Source: Macrostomum lignano
Taxonomy: Eukaryota
Reading direction: 5' to 3'
Assembly (NCBI GenBank): GCA_002269645.1
Contig: NIVC01001980.1
Span: forward strand, 152,603-216,602
DNA: 64,000 nt
The notes below the pieces were generated by a model. The model saw only the letters and a list, made by a program, of their open reading frames with translations. It was not told the DNA's origin and did not search any database. How positions within the stretch are numbered: position 1 is the stretch's first letter; every line of letters starts with the position of its first letter. The position numbers and the translations under genes are program-made. Below, in pieces: positions 1 to 11,002 of this stretch.

Positions 1-120
1 TGACAATGGCCAGCGACTTCGGCCGGTGTTGGCGACGGGTCTGTGGGCGACTGCAGCAGCGGTGCAGCTGTTGCTCAGCTGCGGACAGAGTGTCCGTGCG
101 GAGCTCCTAGTTTGGGGGTT

Positions 121-405
121 GGGGTGTCTGGGAGTGGGGTGTCTGGGAGTGGGGTGTCTGGGAGTGGGGTGTCTGGGAGTGGGGTGTCTGGGAGTGGGGT
201 GTCTGGGAGTGGGGTGTCTGGGAGTGGGGTGTCTGGGAGTGGGGTGTCTGGGAGTGGGGTGTCTGGGAGTGGGGTGTCTGGGAGTGGGGTGTCTGGGAGT
301 GGGGTGTCTGGGAGTGGGGTGTCTGGGAGTGGGGTGTCTGGGAGTGGGGTGTCTGGGAGTGGGGTGTCTGGGAGTGGGGTGTCTGGGAGTGGGGTGTCGG
401 GAGTG
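121..405. repeat. 15-bp minisatellite (GGGGTGTCTGGGAGT)n
   Basis: About 19 near-perfect tandem copies; explains the LGVGC / SGSGV ORFs. Confidence 0.97.
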
Positions 406-911
406 GGATGTCTGACAGTTAAATGTCTGGCGTTAGGTTCCAGTCAGTTAAGGGAGCCCAGATGAAGTGAAATTGCTTCGCAAGTTTCGCCCATTTGATA
501 TAACTATATTTGGTGCGTCTCATTACACTTTTTACTGTTAAAAGCGCATTATTTTGCTTGCTCTGTCGGTTTGTCTTTCAAAAATATTATTCTTATTTAT
601 TTATGTTCATTGCCGGCTGTGTCTTTGTTAAAATCCACGCAGGTATTCTGTGAATCAATAGGCTTGGCCTCAAGGTTTCTTGAACTCTGTATAATTGAAA
701 TTTTTGCTTGAAACACGGCTGACTACTTTTGGAGAGACTGTCATTTTAATTCAATTAATTTTCAGTTTAAAAATCCATGAACCCGTGAGTCATGTTGCTC
801 AGATAAAATAGACAACCTCCCTTGTTCGTGTGACCTTCAAAGTGATGTAAATGCAAACGTATAAAGCAAGATCATAAGAGTTCCGTAGATGAATTTTAAA
901 AGCTTAGAGGC

Positions 912-1481
<570 letters not shown>

Positions 1482-2701
1482 AAATCTATGATTGATTGGT
1501 TGATTTTGAGTGAAGAAAAAACCAAATAGAACGCAAAAAGGTCTATCTATCCTAGCCTTCACTAAACGAGAAAGAGAACACATGCTTTTGACAATCGAAG
1601 TGCTATGCTTATTTTAAACAGGAAAAAAGTTTATGACACGATTTAGGACAAATTTTGTCTCCTATTGGTACAATTTTAGCCGAAATCGACGCCGCACTCG
1701 CGAGCAGACTTGACTTTCCAGCGGCCTGTCGGTCCTTCCCGCTATTCACCAAATTGTTGGCCTCGAATTCTCAAATAAAAAATCACCCAATTGATCGTCG
1801 GTGGTTGCCATAGGCACGTTTTGTCTCTCTGTTTCTCTGTGTTTGTCCCACTGGTAGAGCATGTGGGAGAGTCGTGAGCAGGCGGCGTGTAGACTCAGGG
1901 ACAGCTGAACCGCCTCATGGACTGCCGAGGGTCTGTGTGCGGTGGCAGCAGATTTCCGAGAGTTGCCCTCTGGCTGTATAAATTTGGCAGCAAAATATCG
2001 ATCTAAAACTGCAGACGCTTCCACAGACTGCCGAGCGAGACTCTCAATGTCTGCGCAATAATCGCGAGCGCCCAGGGGGCTCTGAGACGGTGCCAGGTGT
2101 TCGGCAGTCAGCTAGCATAGCTATTAGAGCAGGCACAGCTCCACCCTGCAGCACCAACCCTCCGTCCGTATTAAAAAAGAAATTATTAAAGTCTTACTAC
2201 GATTGTGAATATGATAATGACATTTGCAAATTTTAATGCATAATGAACAGAATAGTTATAAAGCTGGCGCAGAGAGAGGCTGGACTACGCAACGCAGGTT
2301 TAATACTTTAAAAGGTTAAAGCGCTTCCTTCAAACTAATTAAACTTGTCAATGCGTGATTAATTGAAATTGCGGTGCAGAAAAGTATATTCAGCGCGGTT
2401 AAGAAAAAGATTTATTCATATTTTAGACAGTTATAGATTCTATTTAGGCTATTAATAAAATTAACAGAAGTTTAACAACAAACTATGGTCAATATAATGT
2501 GCTTTTGAATCTGGATTGAGTAGCTAATTAATAATTAACTGTCTAGAACCTACATGTAGAGCAGCTGTGGAGCATCTGGTGCGATGAAAAAGCAGGCTGA
2601 CATTTGTTTAGATATCAGACATGACTCTCCTCTAGAAATGGAACTTTTATTGACAGAGAAGAGACTGACAGCACTGAGGTCCAAAGCTCTCAGAAATCGC
2701 C

Positions 2702-3613
2702 TCACTCATCGCACAGGCCCCTGTCATAGGCCTCCTGCTCCTGCGCCATCCGCTTGTGCTGCATGAGGATCATCTTCAGCTCATCCTTGCCGATCCCACC
2801 GTCCTTGTCAGTGTCCCACTGCTCCATGATCACCTCCTTGAAGAACTTCATCTTCTGATCGTCAAACTGCTCGCCAGTGAGCTCCAGCAGGTCCTTGAGG
2901 AAGCCCTCCAGCTCGTCGCCCTCGATTTTGCCGCTCTTGTCCGTGTCGTACTTGCGAAAGATTTTGTCAATCTCGTACGAGGACAGCCGAGCGGCGTTCT
3001 TCAGCAGCGGCCGGCTCAGGTAGTTGTCCTTGACCGGCAGCAGCTTCGCCATCTCGCTCAGCTGCAGCTGACCGTCGCCGTTTGTGTCGAAGAGCTTCAA
3101 GATGGCGTCGGCGTACTCGGCCAGCTTCTCCTCGCTCACCGAGGCCTCCTGGTTCCGCTCCTGCAGCAGGTAGCGCAGAAACTCCTTGAGTTCCTCTTTG
3201 TCAATCTGGCCAGAATTGTCCTTGTCGAATTGCTTCCAGATGCGCATGAATTCCACGCTGGATTCGAGCGGATTGTCCCGCCGGAACAGCAGCAGGAAGC
3301 TCTGGTCAGTCGGCAGCATCTGGGCCAGCTCGCCAATCTCGATTCGATTGTCCTCGTTCTCGTCGTAGGCCAGCATGAACTCCTCTTTGAGCTCCTTGAG
3401 CGCGCTGTCCGAGATCACCTCCTGGCCGATTTGGTCCGGAATGATTGAAGTCACGAACTCCTTCAGGAAGCCGTCCAGCTCCTCGTCCTCGATGTAGCCG
3501 CTGCCATCCTTGTCGTAGTGATTCCACACCTCAAGGAATTGCGCTGCCGTGAAATTCTTAAACGATCGAGTGTCCTTGTCGCGAAATTTCTGCAAGAAAT
3601 TCTCGTCGGACAT
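2702..3613 (-). CDS. Calbindin/calretinin-family hexa-EF-hand Ca2+-binding protein (calbindin-32/Cbp53E-like), intronless CDS, 303 aa
   Basis: Uninterrupted GC-rich ORF with EF-hand loops DKDGSGYIEDEE, DENEDNRIEIGE, DKDNSGQIDKEE, DTNGDGQLQLSE, DTDKSGKIEGDE, DTDKDGGIGKDE, plus family motifs FTAAQFLEVWNHYD and ELAQMLPTDQSFLLLFR. Confidence 0.93.
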   Translation of the reverse strand: MSDENFLQKFRDKDTRSFKNFTAAQFLEVWNHYDKDGSGYIEDEELDGFLKEFVTSIIPDQIGQEVISDSALKELKEEFMLAYDENEDNRIEIGELAQMLPTDQSFLLLFRRDNPLESSVEFMRIWKQFDKDNSGQIDKEELKEFLRYLLQERNQEASVSEEKLAEYADAILKLFDTNGDGQLQLSEMAKLLPVKDNYLSRPLLKNAARLSSYEIDKIFRKYDTDKSGKIEGDELEGFLKDLLELTGEQFDDQKMKFFKEVIMEQWDTDKDGGIGKDELKMILMQHKRMAQEQEAYDRGLCDE

Positions 3614-6203
3614 TCCGATTTCTCTGTAGATTAATAATTCTATTTGAAAATCTTGGTGAGCAGTGCAGGGAGCGGATTATTGTCGGAAAGTGTTACACTC
3701 GGAAACTGAATTTTATTAGTCGCCAAGCCAGCAGGGTAGTGGGGGGCAGTGGGCAGCAGGACTCTTTGCAATCTGGCCATTCTAGTGATCGATTTTCGTA
3801 GCCTACCCCCCCCCCTCGTGTGGCGCGATCCAATCCTTTTTGAAGCAGTGACTGCCCCCCTCTCTCTCTCTCCCTGTCTCTGCAGCTATTTTGCAGTGTC
3901 TCTCAAGTTCTCGCATGCAGGCGGTATTATAAATTTTTTGTTATATTTCATAGACGGCACAAGGGATTGAGAAGCTACACCGTGACAGCACTGAATTTTC
4001 TTTCCTGAGACTAGTTGCCCCCCCCCTCCCCACACTCTGGCTGGACCGTTCCGCACCCCGCAGAAGCTCCTGCTCTGGGAGTCCGCGAGCCGTTTGCTGG
4101 TGCCCCTGCGACAGGACTGCAAGGGAGATTTGCTAGGAGAGCCGCCATTGAACATTCTTTCCTGCGCTGTCCAGGCACCCGGCTGTGTCGATTTAGCTGT
4201 GTCAAGGAAATTGGACAGTGTTTGACTATGGAGACACACAGCGAGAGATAGAGAGTTTTGCAGAGAACAGCTGCACTGCGAACACTTCAGCAAAAGCCCC
4301 GTGTGCCCATGCCAACCATGAATTGAAAGTATGAAACTACAGAGAAAGGAATGCAGTTCACAACTGCTCATAAATGTTTATGAAACAATAAGCATGCGAT
4401 TTTATTCTATGATTGTTTGCTGCTCGTCAAAAACGACTTACTGACAGTAGAAAGACGTCCTCTCTGTACAAACTACGAGCTGCAGAGGCGAAATAATTAG
4501 TGTATCAAAGCCCTACTGAGTAATGGTTACTGAACAAAATTAACTTTGCTAATGTTTTTTAAGCAAGAATAGATCTTCAAAAAGGTGTCAATAGTTTTGT
4601 CGTTTTACTACTTTGCGTACTTGACTTGAGTAGTAGTAAAACAGAAGTAATAATTTTTGATCGAAAACCTGGTGGTGAAACATAATTTTAGACCTCATTT
4701 TTTCAAAATTTAGGTTGTCACTTGTACTCTTTTCTAGCTGGCATGTCTTAGTAAATTTTTTGTCTTGCAAAGCCAAGAGCGCCAACCAGAGGTCCTAAAT
4801 GAAATGGATTTTCGCGTCTGCGAACTTCCCCGAGGCGGCACTTCAGCGGCGCAGGGCAGACGAGAAGCTTCCAGATGAGCAGTTCGGCATTCACAGACTG
4901 CGGTTCCTCCATTGATTTATCAGGCTGGCGGGCTCTGGGCGGCATGCAAATTCGTTCAGCGCGAAGACGTGCCGGTCGAATCCTTTGGAGAAAATTTACT
5001 TATACCTTCACTCAGCCTGACAGCGGGCGACCTGTTTGGATTAATCTTGCTCTCGCCGAGTGGCCGGCTCGCGGTGCCACAGTCAGTTACAAAGTTACGG
5101 GAGAGTTAATGGAAAAGTTACGAAGTACCTTTTCCAGTGCCGAAAGCTGTACTTGCCTGTCATGTGGCCTTCGAGCGGATATTTGCAGAGCTCATGACTT
5201 TAGGAAAGGGAGGGGCAGAAAATAGGAAAATTCTAAAAATGACCAAAATTGGCCAGAGACTGGGATTATAGGCAACATAGAAATCCCTGGAGATGTGGGC
5301 AGTTAATTTTGCATTGCCTCTAGCTTTTTGTGCGCATGGAAGCTCAGACTACGACCAACTAGCAACTGCTCGAAGAGGATGTACAAATTAGCACCGAATT
5401 CCTCTGCGACCGCAATCCCAATCATAGCGTGATCAGAACAAAGCAGCTCAGCTTCCAGTGCAAGAAATTCTCTGGACAATTTTAATGCACTGTCTTGGTC
5501 TGGGAAAGTCGCTCTCTACTAATTTAGATAAGCTTTATTGCATTATTAACCAGCAATGCTCACACCAATGAGCACAGAATGGAAATGTTATGTTAAGGAA
5601 TACACATTTGTTTACAATACATAATAGGAGTAGATAATCTTTGCAGATTTCATCGTACATTTACTGCTTTAGACAGATAGCTTCAGCATGCAGGAAATTA
5701 AAAGGCATTTCAATGAAACTGCTGGTCTTTAAAGGAGCACAAATAGATTCAACTGCTTGTTAGATAACAGTGAAAGCAACTCTGACTGCCAGAAAACTCA
5801 TCCAGAGATTGGCTTCATAACTAACATATGAACACAGAAAACATTCCTGCAATAGACTGCAAAAAAGATTTGATTTCGTGTGACAGTGTAATTCGTAGAA
5901 TTATCTGATCGTATTTCCTTATCTCGCATGCATACGTATTCTTTAATTTATTTTAACAATATTCTATACGCATTATTATTGCGCTAATGTTACAGTTAAT
6001 TGCTTTGTTTTTGTAGCCTCGTATGCATTAATTCTATTATTTGTATTTCATTCATATCGTTATTAATTCTCGTAAAGTAGTTCTACCTATGTACATGTAC
6101 TGGCGTATGTTGTTATTCTTACACGATATAATTTATCGATTAATTTGTACATGTACATTGCGCGCCGCGTGGGGGGTTTGTCTGCCTTTGACTTCTGCCT
6201 CTT

Positions 6204-6580
6204 GACTAGTCGGATAGTCCACTACAGAAAAATTACCCGACCAGTCAGGTGGATCCACACAGCCGTGGAGTGGATTGAGCTAGACTAGTCAAGCGGCCCC
6301 GTGGACTGGACTAAAAATGCATTCAGGCTGAGCCGTGGAGTGGATTGAGCTTGACTAGTCAAGCGGCCCCGTGGACTGGACTAAAAAGTTTTACGCTAAT
6401 TTGAAGAGCACTGGAAATTCACCCAAATTAAAGCATCGATATCTCAGTAACTACTCAATATTTTTGACTAGCGGTAAACTACAACTTGACACTGCTGGTC
6501 CCCAATGCATCTTACCGTATATCGTAATGTGAACTTAGACTGCCGGAAACGAGAAACAATAACAAAGCGAATGTCAGTTA
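6204..6580 (+). repeat. Left copy of a dispersed/inverted repeat (partner 18055-18515)
   Basis: Begins GACTAGTC; contains a duplicated GTGGAGTGGATTGAGCT..GACTAGTCAAGCGGCCCCGTGGACTGGACTAAAAA block; aligns by eye to the reverse complement of 18055-18515. Confidence 0.85.
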
Positions 6581-6708
6581 CCTAAGTATAGACGATAAAG
6601 TTAAAGGTTTTAGCGTTTATTATTTGTTCATTTTCTTATTTTTTTATCTTTTATTTAAACTTTAAGTTTATTGTCCTGGTGTATATAAATACATTGAGCA
6701 GATACATT

Positions 6709-7373
6709 GGGCCTTTTCTTGTGAAGTATAACTTTTTGTCTCCATAGCTAAAGGGAGATACGTGCTATAAAATTTTTATTATTGAATGAAAATCGCCAAA
6801 AAGAAAGTGAAAAATTGTACTTAGTGAGGTTGTTAAGGCAGTCAAATATACCTTTTTGCAATCAATTTCGTCGTTTTTGCGTTCAATTTCGGCGCGAGCG
6901 CTAGTGGTGTGCTGTGCAGTCTAAACAACTGAGCCATGGACACTGGGCAACTTTTGCGTTCGGGTTCGGCCTTTTTGCGTCCTATTTCGGCAGCTTACGG
7001 CATCAAACATACTTGCGGAGACGACTATAGGCCTGCTTTAGGAGACAAATTTTTCGTCCCACCCTCACTGAATGCGATCGAGTGAGAAAGTGTCTATGGC
7101 AAAAACATCGAACTGTGCCCACAGTGCGGCCCATGTGATTGCGCTGCCGAAATAGGACGCAAAAAGGCCGAATTTGAACGCAAAAGTTGCCCAGTGTCTA
7201 TGGCTCAGTTGTTTGGACTGCACACTAGCGCTCACACCGAAATTGAACGCAGAAATGACAAAATTGATTGCAAAAAGGTATATTAACAGAGTTAAATAGT
7301 TATACTGCTGTTTTTCTTGGAATTCCAAACTGATTCTGGTTCTGGAATTGGTAGGCCTAATATGAAAAGGCCC
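6709..7373. mobile_element. PIF/Harbinger-type MITE, interrupted by a Tc1-type MITE
   Basis: Termini GGGCCTTTTC...GAAAAGGCCC, 3-bp ATT flanking duplication; body homologous to 22173-22433. Confidence 0.75.
6849..7280. mobile_element. Tc1/mariner-type MITE, 432 bp, ~140-bp TIRs, TA TSD
   Basis: TACCTTTTTGCAATCAATTT...AAATTGATTGCAAAAAGGTA flanked by TA; the empty site CAAATATTAACAG is present in the sister host copy at about 22343-22355. Confidence 0.88.
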
Positions 7374-8553
7374 ATTCCATTGTGTCAATGTCAAATGACA
7401 AATTTTTCGTATGCAAAGCATTTAATTTCAATGCACGTTTTCGAAAATGCGTGCCATTCCAATAGCAGCGGTTACTAGAGTTAGCAGTTAAGATTGTCCA
7501 AGACTTATATGGATATACAAAACTTTTGAGTTCTTATAGCAATAAGGTTTTTATTTGTAGAAATCATCAAGTAATTTTGGTCCTTTCAAAGAGCAATTTG
7601 GCTGTTGTTTACTTAGGCCTAGGCCTACTAGGCCCTAAGAATACTATTATCTGGCCTTCTTACTCTTTCAAGATTTAGCTATACTATCTATAGGCCTAGC
7701 TGACTATATTCTATAATATACAGTAGGGGCCTATAAAATAAAATAAGTATTAGTAATAATGGTAGTTCCTAATTAAATAAGACCATTTATCTTAGTTTAG
7801 GGTACTACATGTGTATATATAGGAACTGATCAAAATGGTGACAGATCAAAAGGGCAACAATTAAAAGCATGCTTGGGCGCAACCTTGGGATTCACTCGGC
7901 CATTTCTATTGCCAACACACACACACATGTAAGTCGCTATTGGATGGAAAAGTAGTCACGTGACTGGTATCAGCCAATAGTGACTTACATGTGTGTATTG
8001 CCAATAGAAACAGCCAGGTGATTCCCAAAGTTGCGTATGTATGATTAAAAGGGTGATAGTCAAAGGGGCAACAGTCATAACAATTATAATTCCACATATA
8101 TTATTAGACTTGTATTTGCCAAAATGTACATTTGCTAAAATTAATTTTGGTAAAATATATGCATCATTATAAGTAGGCCTAGTTTATAGGAATGAAGTTC
8201 AAGTTAAATAGGCAGTTTACAAAACATAACTATAATAATAACTTTGACTAAGTCTGGTCATGAAAACTGTTATATAGGATAATTAATCAAAGCTTAGAAT
8301 ATAAATAAGATAATAGCAGCTGGAAATACCCGACCTTATCAGGTAAAGTTGTTTCTCTTTTAAATTACTTCTGGCCATAAATTATAATATGAATGAAAAT
8401 TACAATGGTAATTCAAACTAGGTACAAATTCAAACTTAAACTAAAGATAAATATGCAAAATAAACTATAAAATTGCCAAAGAGCTTTTCCCTTTTATAGG
8501 ATTTTATGAATTCCAACAATATATAATTTTTAGAAAGACAAAATGCTTAGCAC

Positions 8554-9128
8554 CCAGGTTGCGGATGGTATGCATGTACGCCGGAACTTTTCCGGCGTAC
8601 AAAACGGCCACCCTAAGTCCTTGGCGTACACAATCGGCGTACACAACCCCTGGTGCACTTTGTTGGCGTACACTATTGGCGTACACAAGTAACACAGCCA
8701 CGCATACTTTTTTGGCGTACAAATTTTGGTGAATAAATTCATGCCGTGCATGAAAATTGTAAAGTAAATTAACGTTTTTACGTAAAGTAAAGGAAAATTT
8801 ATATCGTCAATGATAAACTTTTTGCTTATTTTAAGTTAAAAAAATAAAATTAGTGTAAAATTTTGCTGAAAGTATTAATTTTTCATAATATTTTTTGTAG
8901 GTAGTATTTAAGTTTGTTTAAACTGAAAAAATTCGTAATATTTTAAAGACACTTTTCATACCAAAGCATTTCCTAGAAAACTCTACTCGTGAAAACCGAA
9001 TGACCTTTTTTTAGGAATTTTTGGTGTACATTTTAGTGCAACTTTTTGTTTTTGGCATACACTGGCGTACAAAGTCCTTGACGCCCGAATTTTTTCCGGC
9101 GTACACGGGTACATGATCCGCACACTGG
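8554..9128. mobile_element. Non-autonomous hAT element, 575 bp
   Basis: 8-bp TSD CTTAGCAC (8546-8553 and 9129-9136); imperfect TIR CCAG..TGCGGAT; many subterminal GGCGTACA motifs. Confidence 0.85.
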
Positions 9129-9870
9129 CTTAGCACTAACTAAGAAAGCTAATATTTTTTTACTTATTTGAGATTAATACAGAAATATAGATCTGCTATT
9201 GGCAATACTATATAAGCTAAAAATTGGATAGAATCCCAATCCTTAGATCTTAGGATTCCTAGAAATTAGATTCTCATGAGATTAAGATCCTGACCCTTAA
9301 AAATTGGGTCCTATAGCTTCCCCATGATGCTACATGGCACAAGCTCATGCCAGTTGGATGCCCTAATGGCATTTATAGAACATGGGTGGTAGGGCATGTT
9401 AACTGATTTTCAAAGCCACTTAATTTGCCCTGTTTTCAATGAATTTTGCATTTTCGTCTTCCTAGATAATCGTAGAGATGATGAAAATTCACATATCAGC
9501 TCTAGAAGTGCCTGCTTTCGGTGCTAGCATTGACTAGAAATAAGCTCCTATATCCATAATGTAATTGGGGTGAAAATTACCCTTTTTCAGAGTGTTGCAT
9601 CTCAGAGTAGGATATTCTTTTTCTGATCAAACCAACATGAATATAGACTATATCTACTCTAACATGTGCCTACAAACTTTTACGTCTCCACATAATACTT
9701 AGGTGTCTCAAGATCGAAGCCAATCACCTTATATCCTAGTCCATCTGTGCAGTGTATAACTAGTGAATGAAGACGCTGTCGTCTTCAAAGGTGGGACAAT
9801 GGGTATATATTGTGTCCATTATTGTTTATGGCTATGACATCTATTTATTTAACCTAAATTGAGAGCTAAA

Positions 9871-10628
9871 AAGCCCCCCCCCCACGCCCCTGGCATTAGT
9901 TAGTCTAGTGGTATAGTGGGGGGGCTGGCCGCCCCCCCACGCCCCTGGCATTTATTAGTCTAGTGGTATAGTAGGGGGCTCGCCGCCCCCACTCCCCTGG
10001 CATTAGTTAGTCTAGTGGTATAGTGGGAGGCTGGCCGCCCCCCACGCCTCTGGCATTTATTAGTCTAGTGGTATAGTGGGGGCTCGCCGCACCCCACGCC
10101 CCTGGCATTAGTTAGTCTAGTAGTATAGTGGGGGCTGGCCGCCCCCCACGCCCCTGGCATTAGTTAGTCTAGTGGTATAGTGGGGGCTAGCCGCCCCCCA
10201 CGCCCCTGGCATTAGTTAGTCTAGTGGTATAGTGGTATAGTGGGGGGCTGGCCGCCCCCCACGCCCCTGGCATTAGTTAGTCTAGTGGTATAGTGGGGGC
10301 TGGCCGCCCCCACGCCCCTGGCATTAGTTAGTCTTGTGGTATAGTGGGGGCTGGCTGCCCCCCACGCCCCTGGCATTAGTTAGTCTAGTGGTTTAGTGGT
10401 ATAGTGGGGGGCTAGCCACCCCCCACGCCCCTGGCATTAGTTAGTCTAGTGGTATAGTGGGGGCTGGCCGCCCCCACGCCCCTGGCATTAGTTAGTCTAG
10501 TGGTATAGTGGGGGCTGGCCGCCCCCACGCCCCTGGCATTAGTTAGTCTAAGTGGTGTAGTGGGGGCTGGCCGCCCCCCACGCCCCTGGCATTAGTTAGT
10601 CTAGTGGTAAAGGGGGGCTGGCTCCCCC
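9871..10628. repeat. ~52-bp GC-rich minisatellite with an internal hairpin
   Basis: About 14 copies of CCCCTGGCATTAGTTAGTCTAGTGGTATAGTGGGGGCTGGCCGCCCCCCACG. Confidence 0.95.
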
Positions 10629-10934
10629 ACCGCTCCACCACCCCTCGAGAACTTTTCCCACATCTAAACACGTCTTTGTAATATGTTACAACTATATTCT
10701 AGCCTTCAAACGACCAGACATCAAATACTTGCTTGCCGACATGTATCGTAATATACTTTTGCACTAACAATCATATGTGCCGCACTAAAAGATTCTCTGT
10801 TACTCTTTAAATACGTATAAAAAGAAAAATAAATTTAAATAAATGTAATTTAATTGTATAAAAAACATAATAGTTAGAGAAATAAAAATACTAAAAATCT
10901 GTTTGCTCTAAAAGAACTTTAAACTAAAATTTTT

Positions 10935-11002
10935 TTGAATCTCTTGGGAATCGAACCCTGCAGGACTCAATTATATGGAAACTAACTCTGCCACTGAGCC
11001 AC
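10935..11002 (-). other. tRNA-derived fragment (SINE-head-like)
   Basis: Minus strand GTGGCTCAGTGGCAGAG...GGGTTCGATTCCC resembles pol III A and B boxes; no full cloverleaf. Confidence 0.45.

Noticed and set aside
1-112. GC-rich exon-like block (plus frame ending ...CSAADRVSVRSS*, or minus frame ELRTDTLSAAEQQLHRCC...)
   Set aside because: Too short and cut by the window edge; strand and product cannot be determined.
4748-5225. Several overlapping 65-116 aa ORFs in a moderately GC-rich patch
   Set aside because: No recognisable motif or consistent splice sites; may be calbindin upstream/regulatory sequence.
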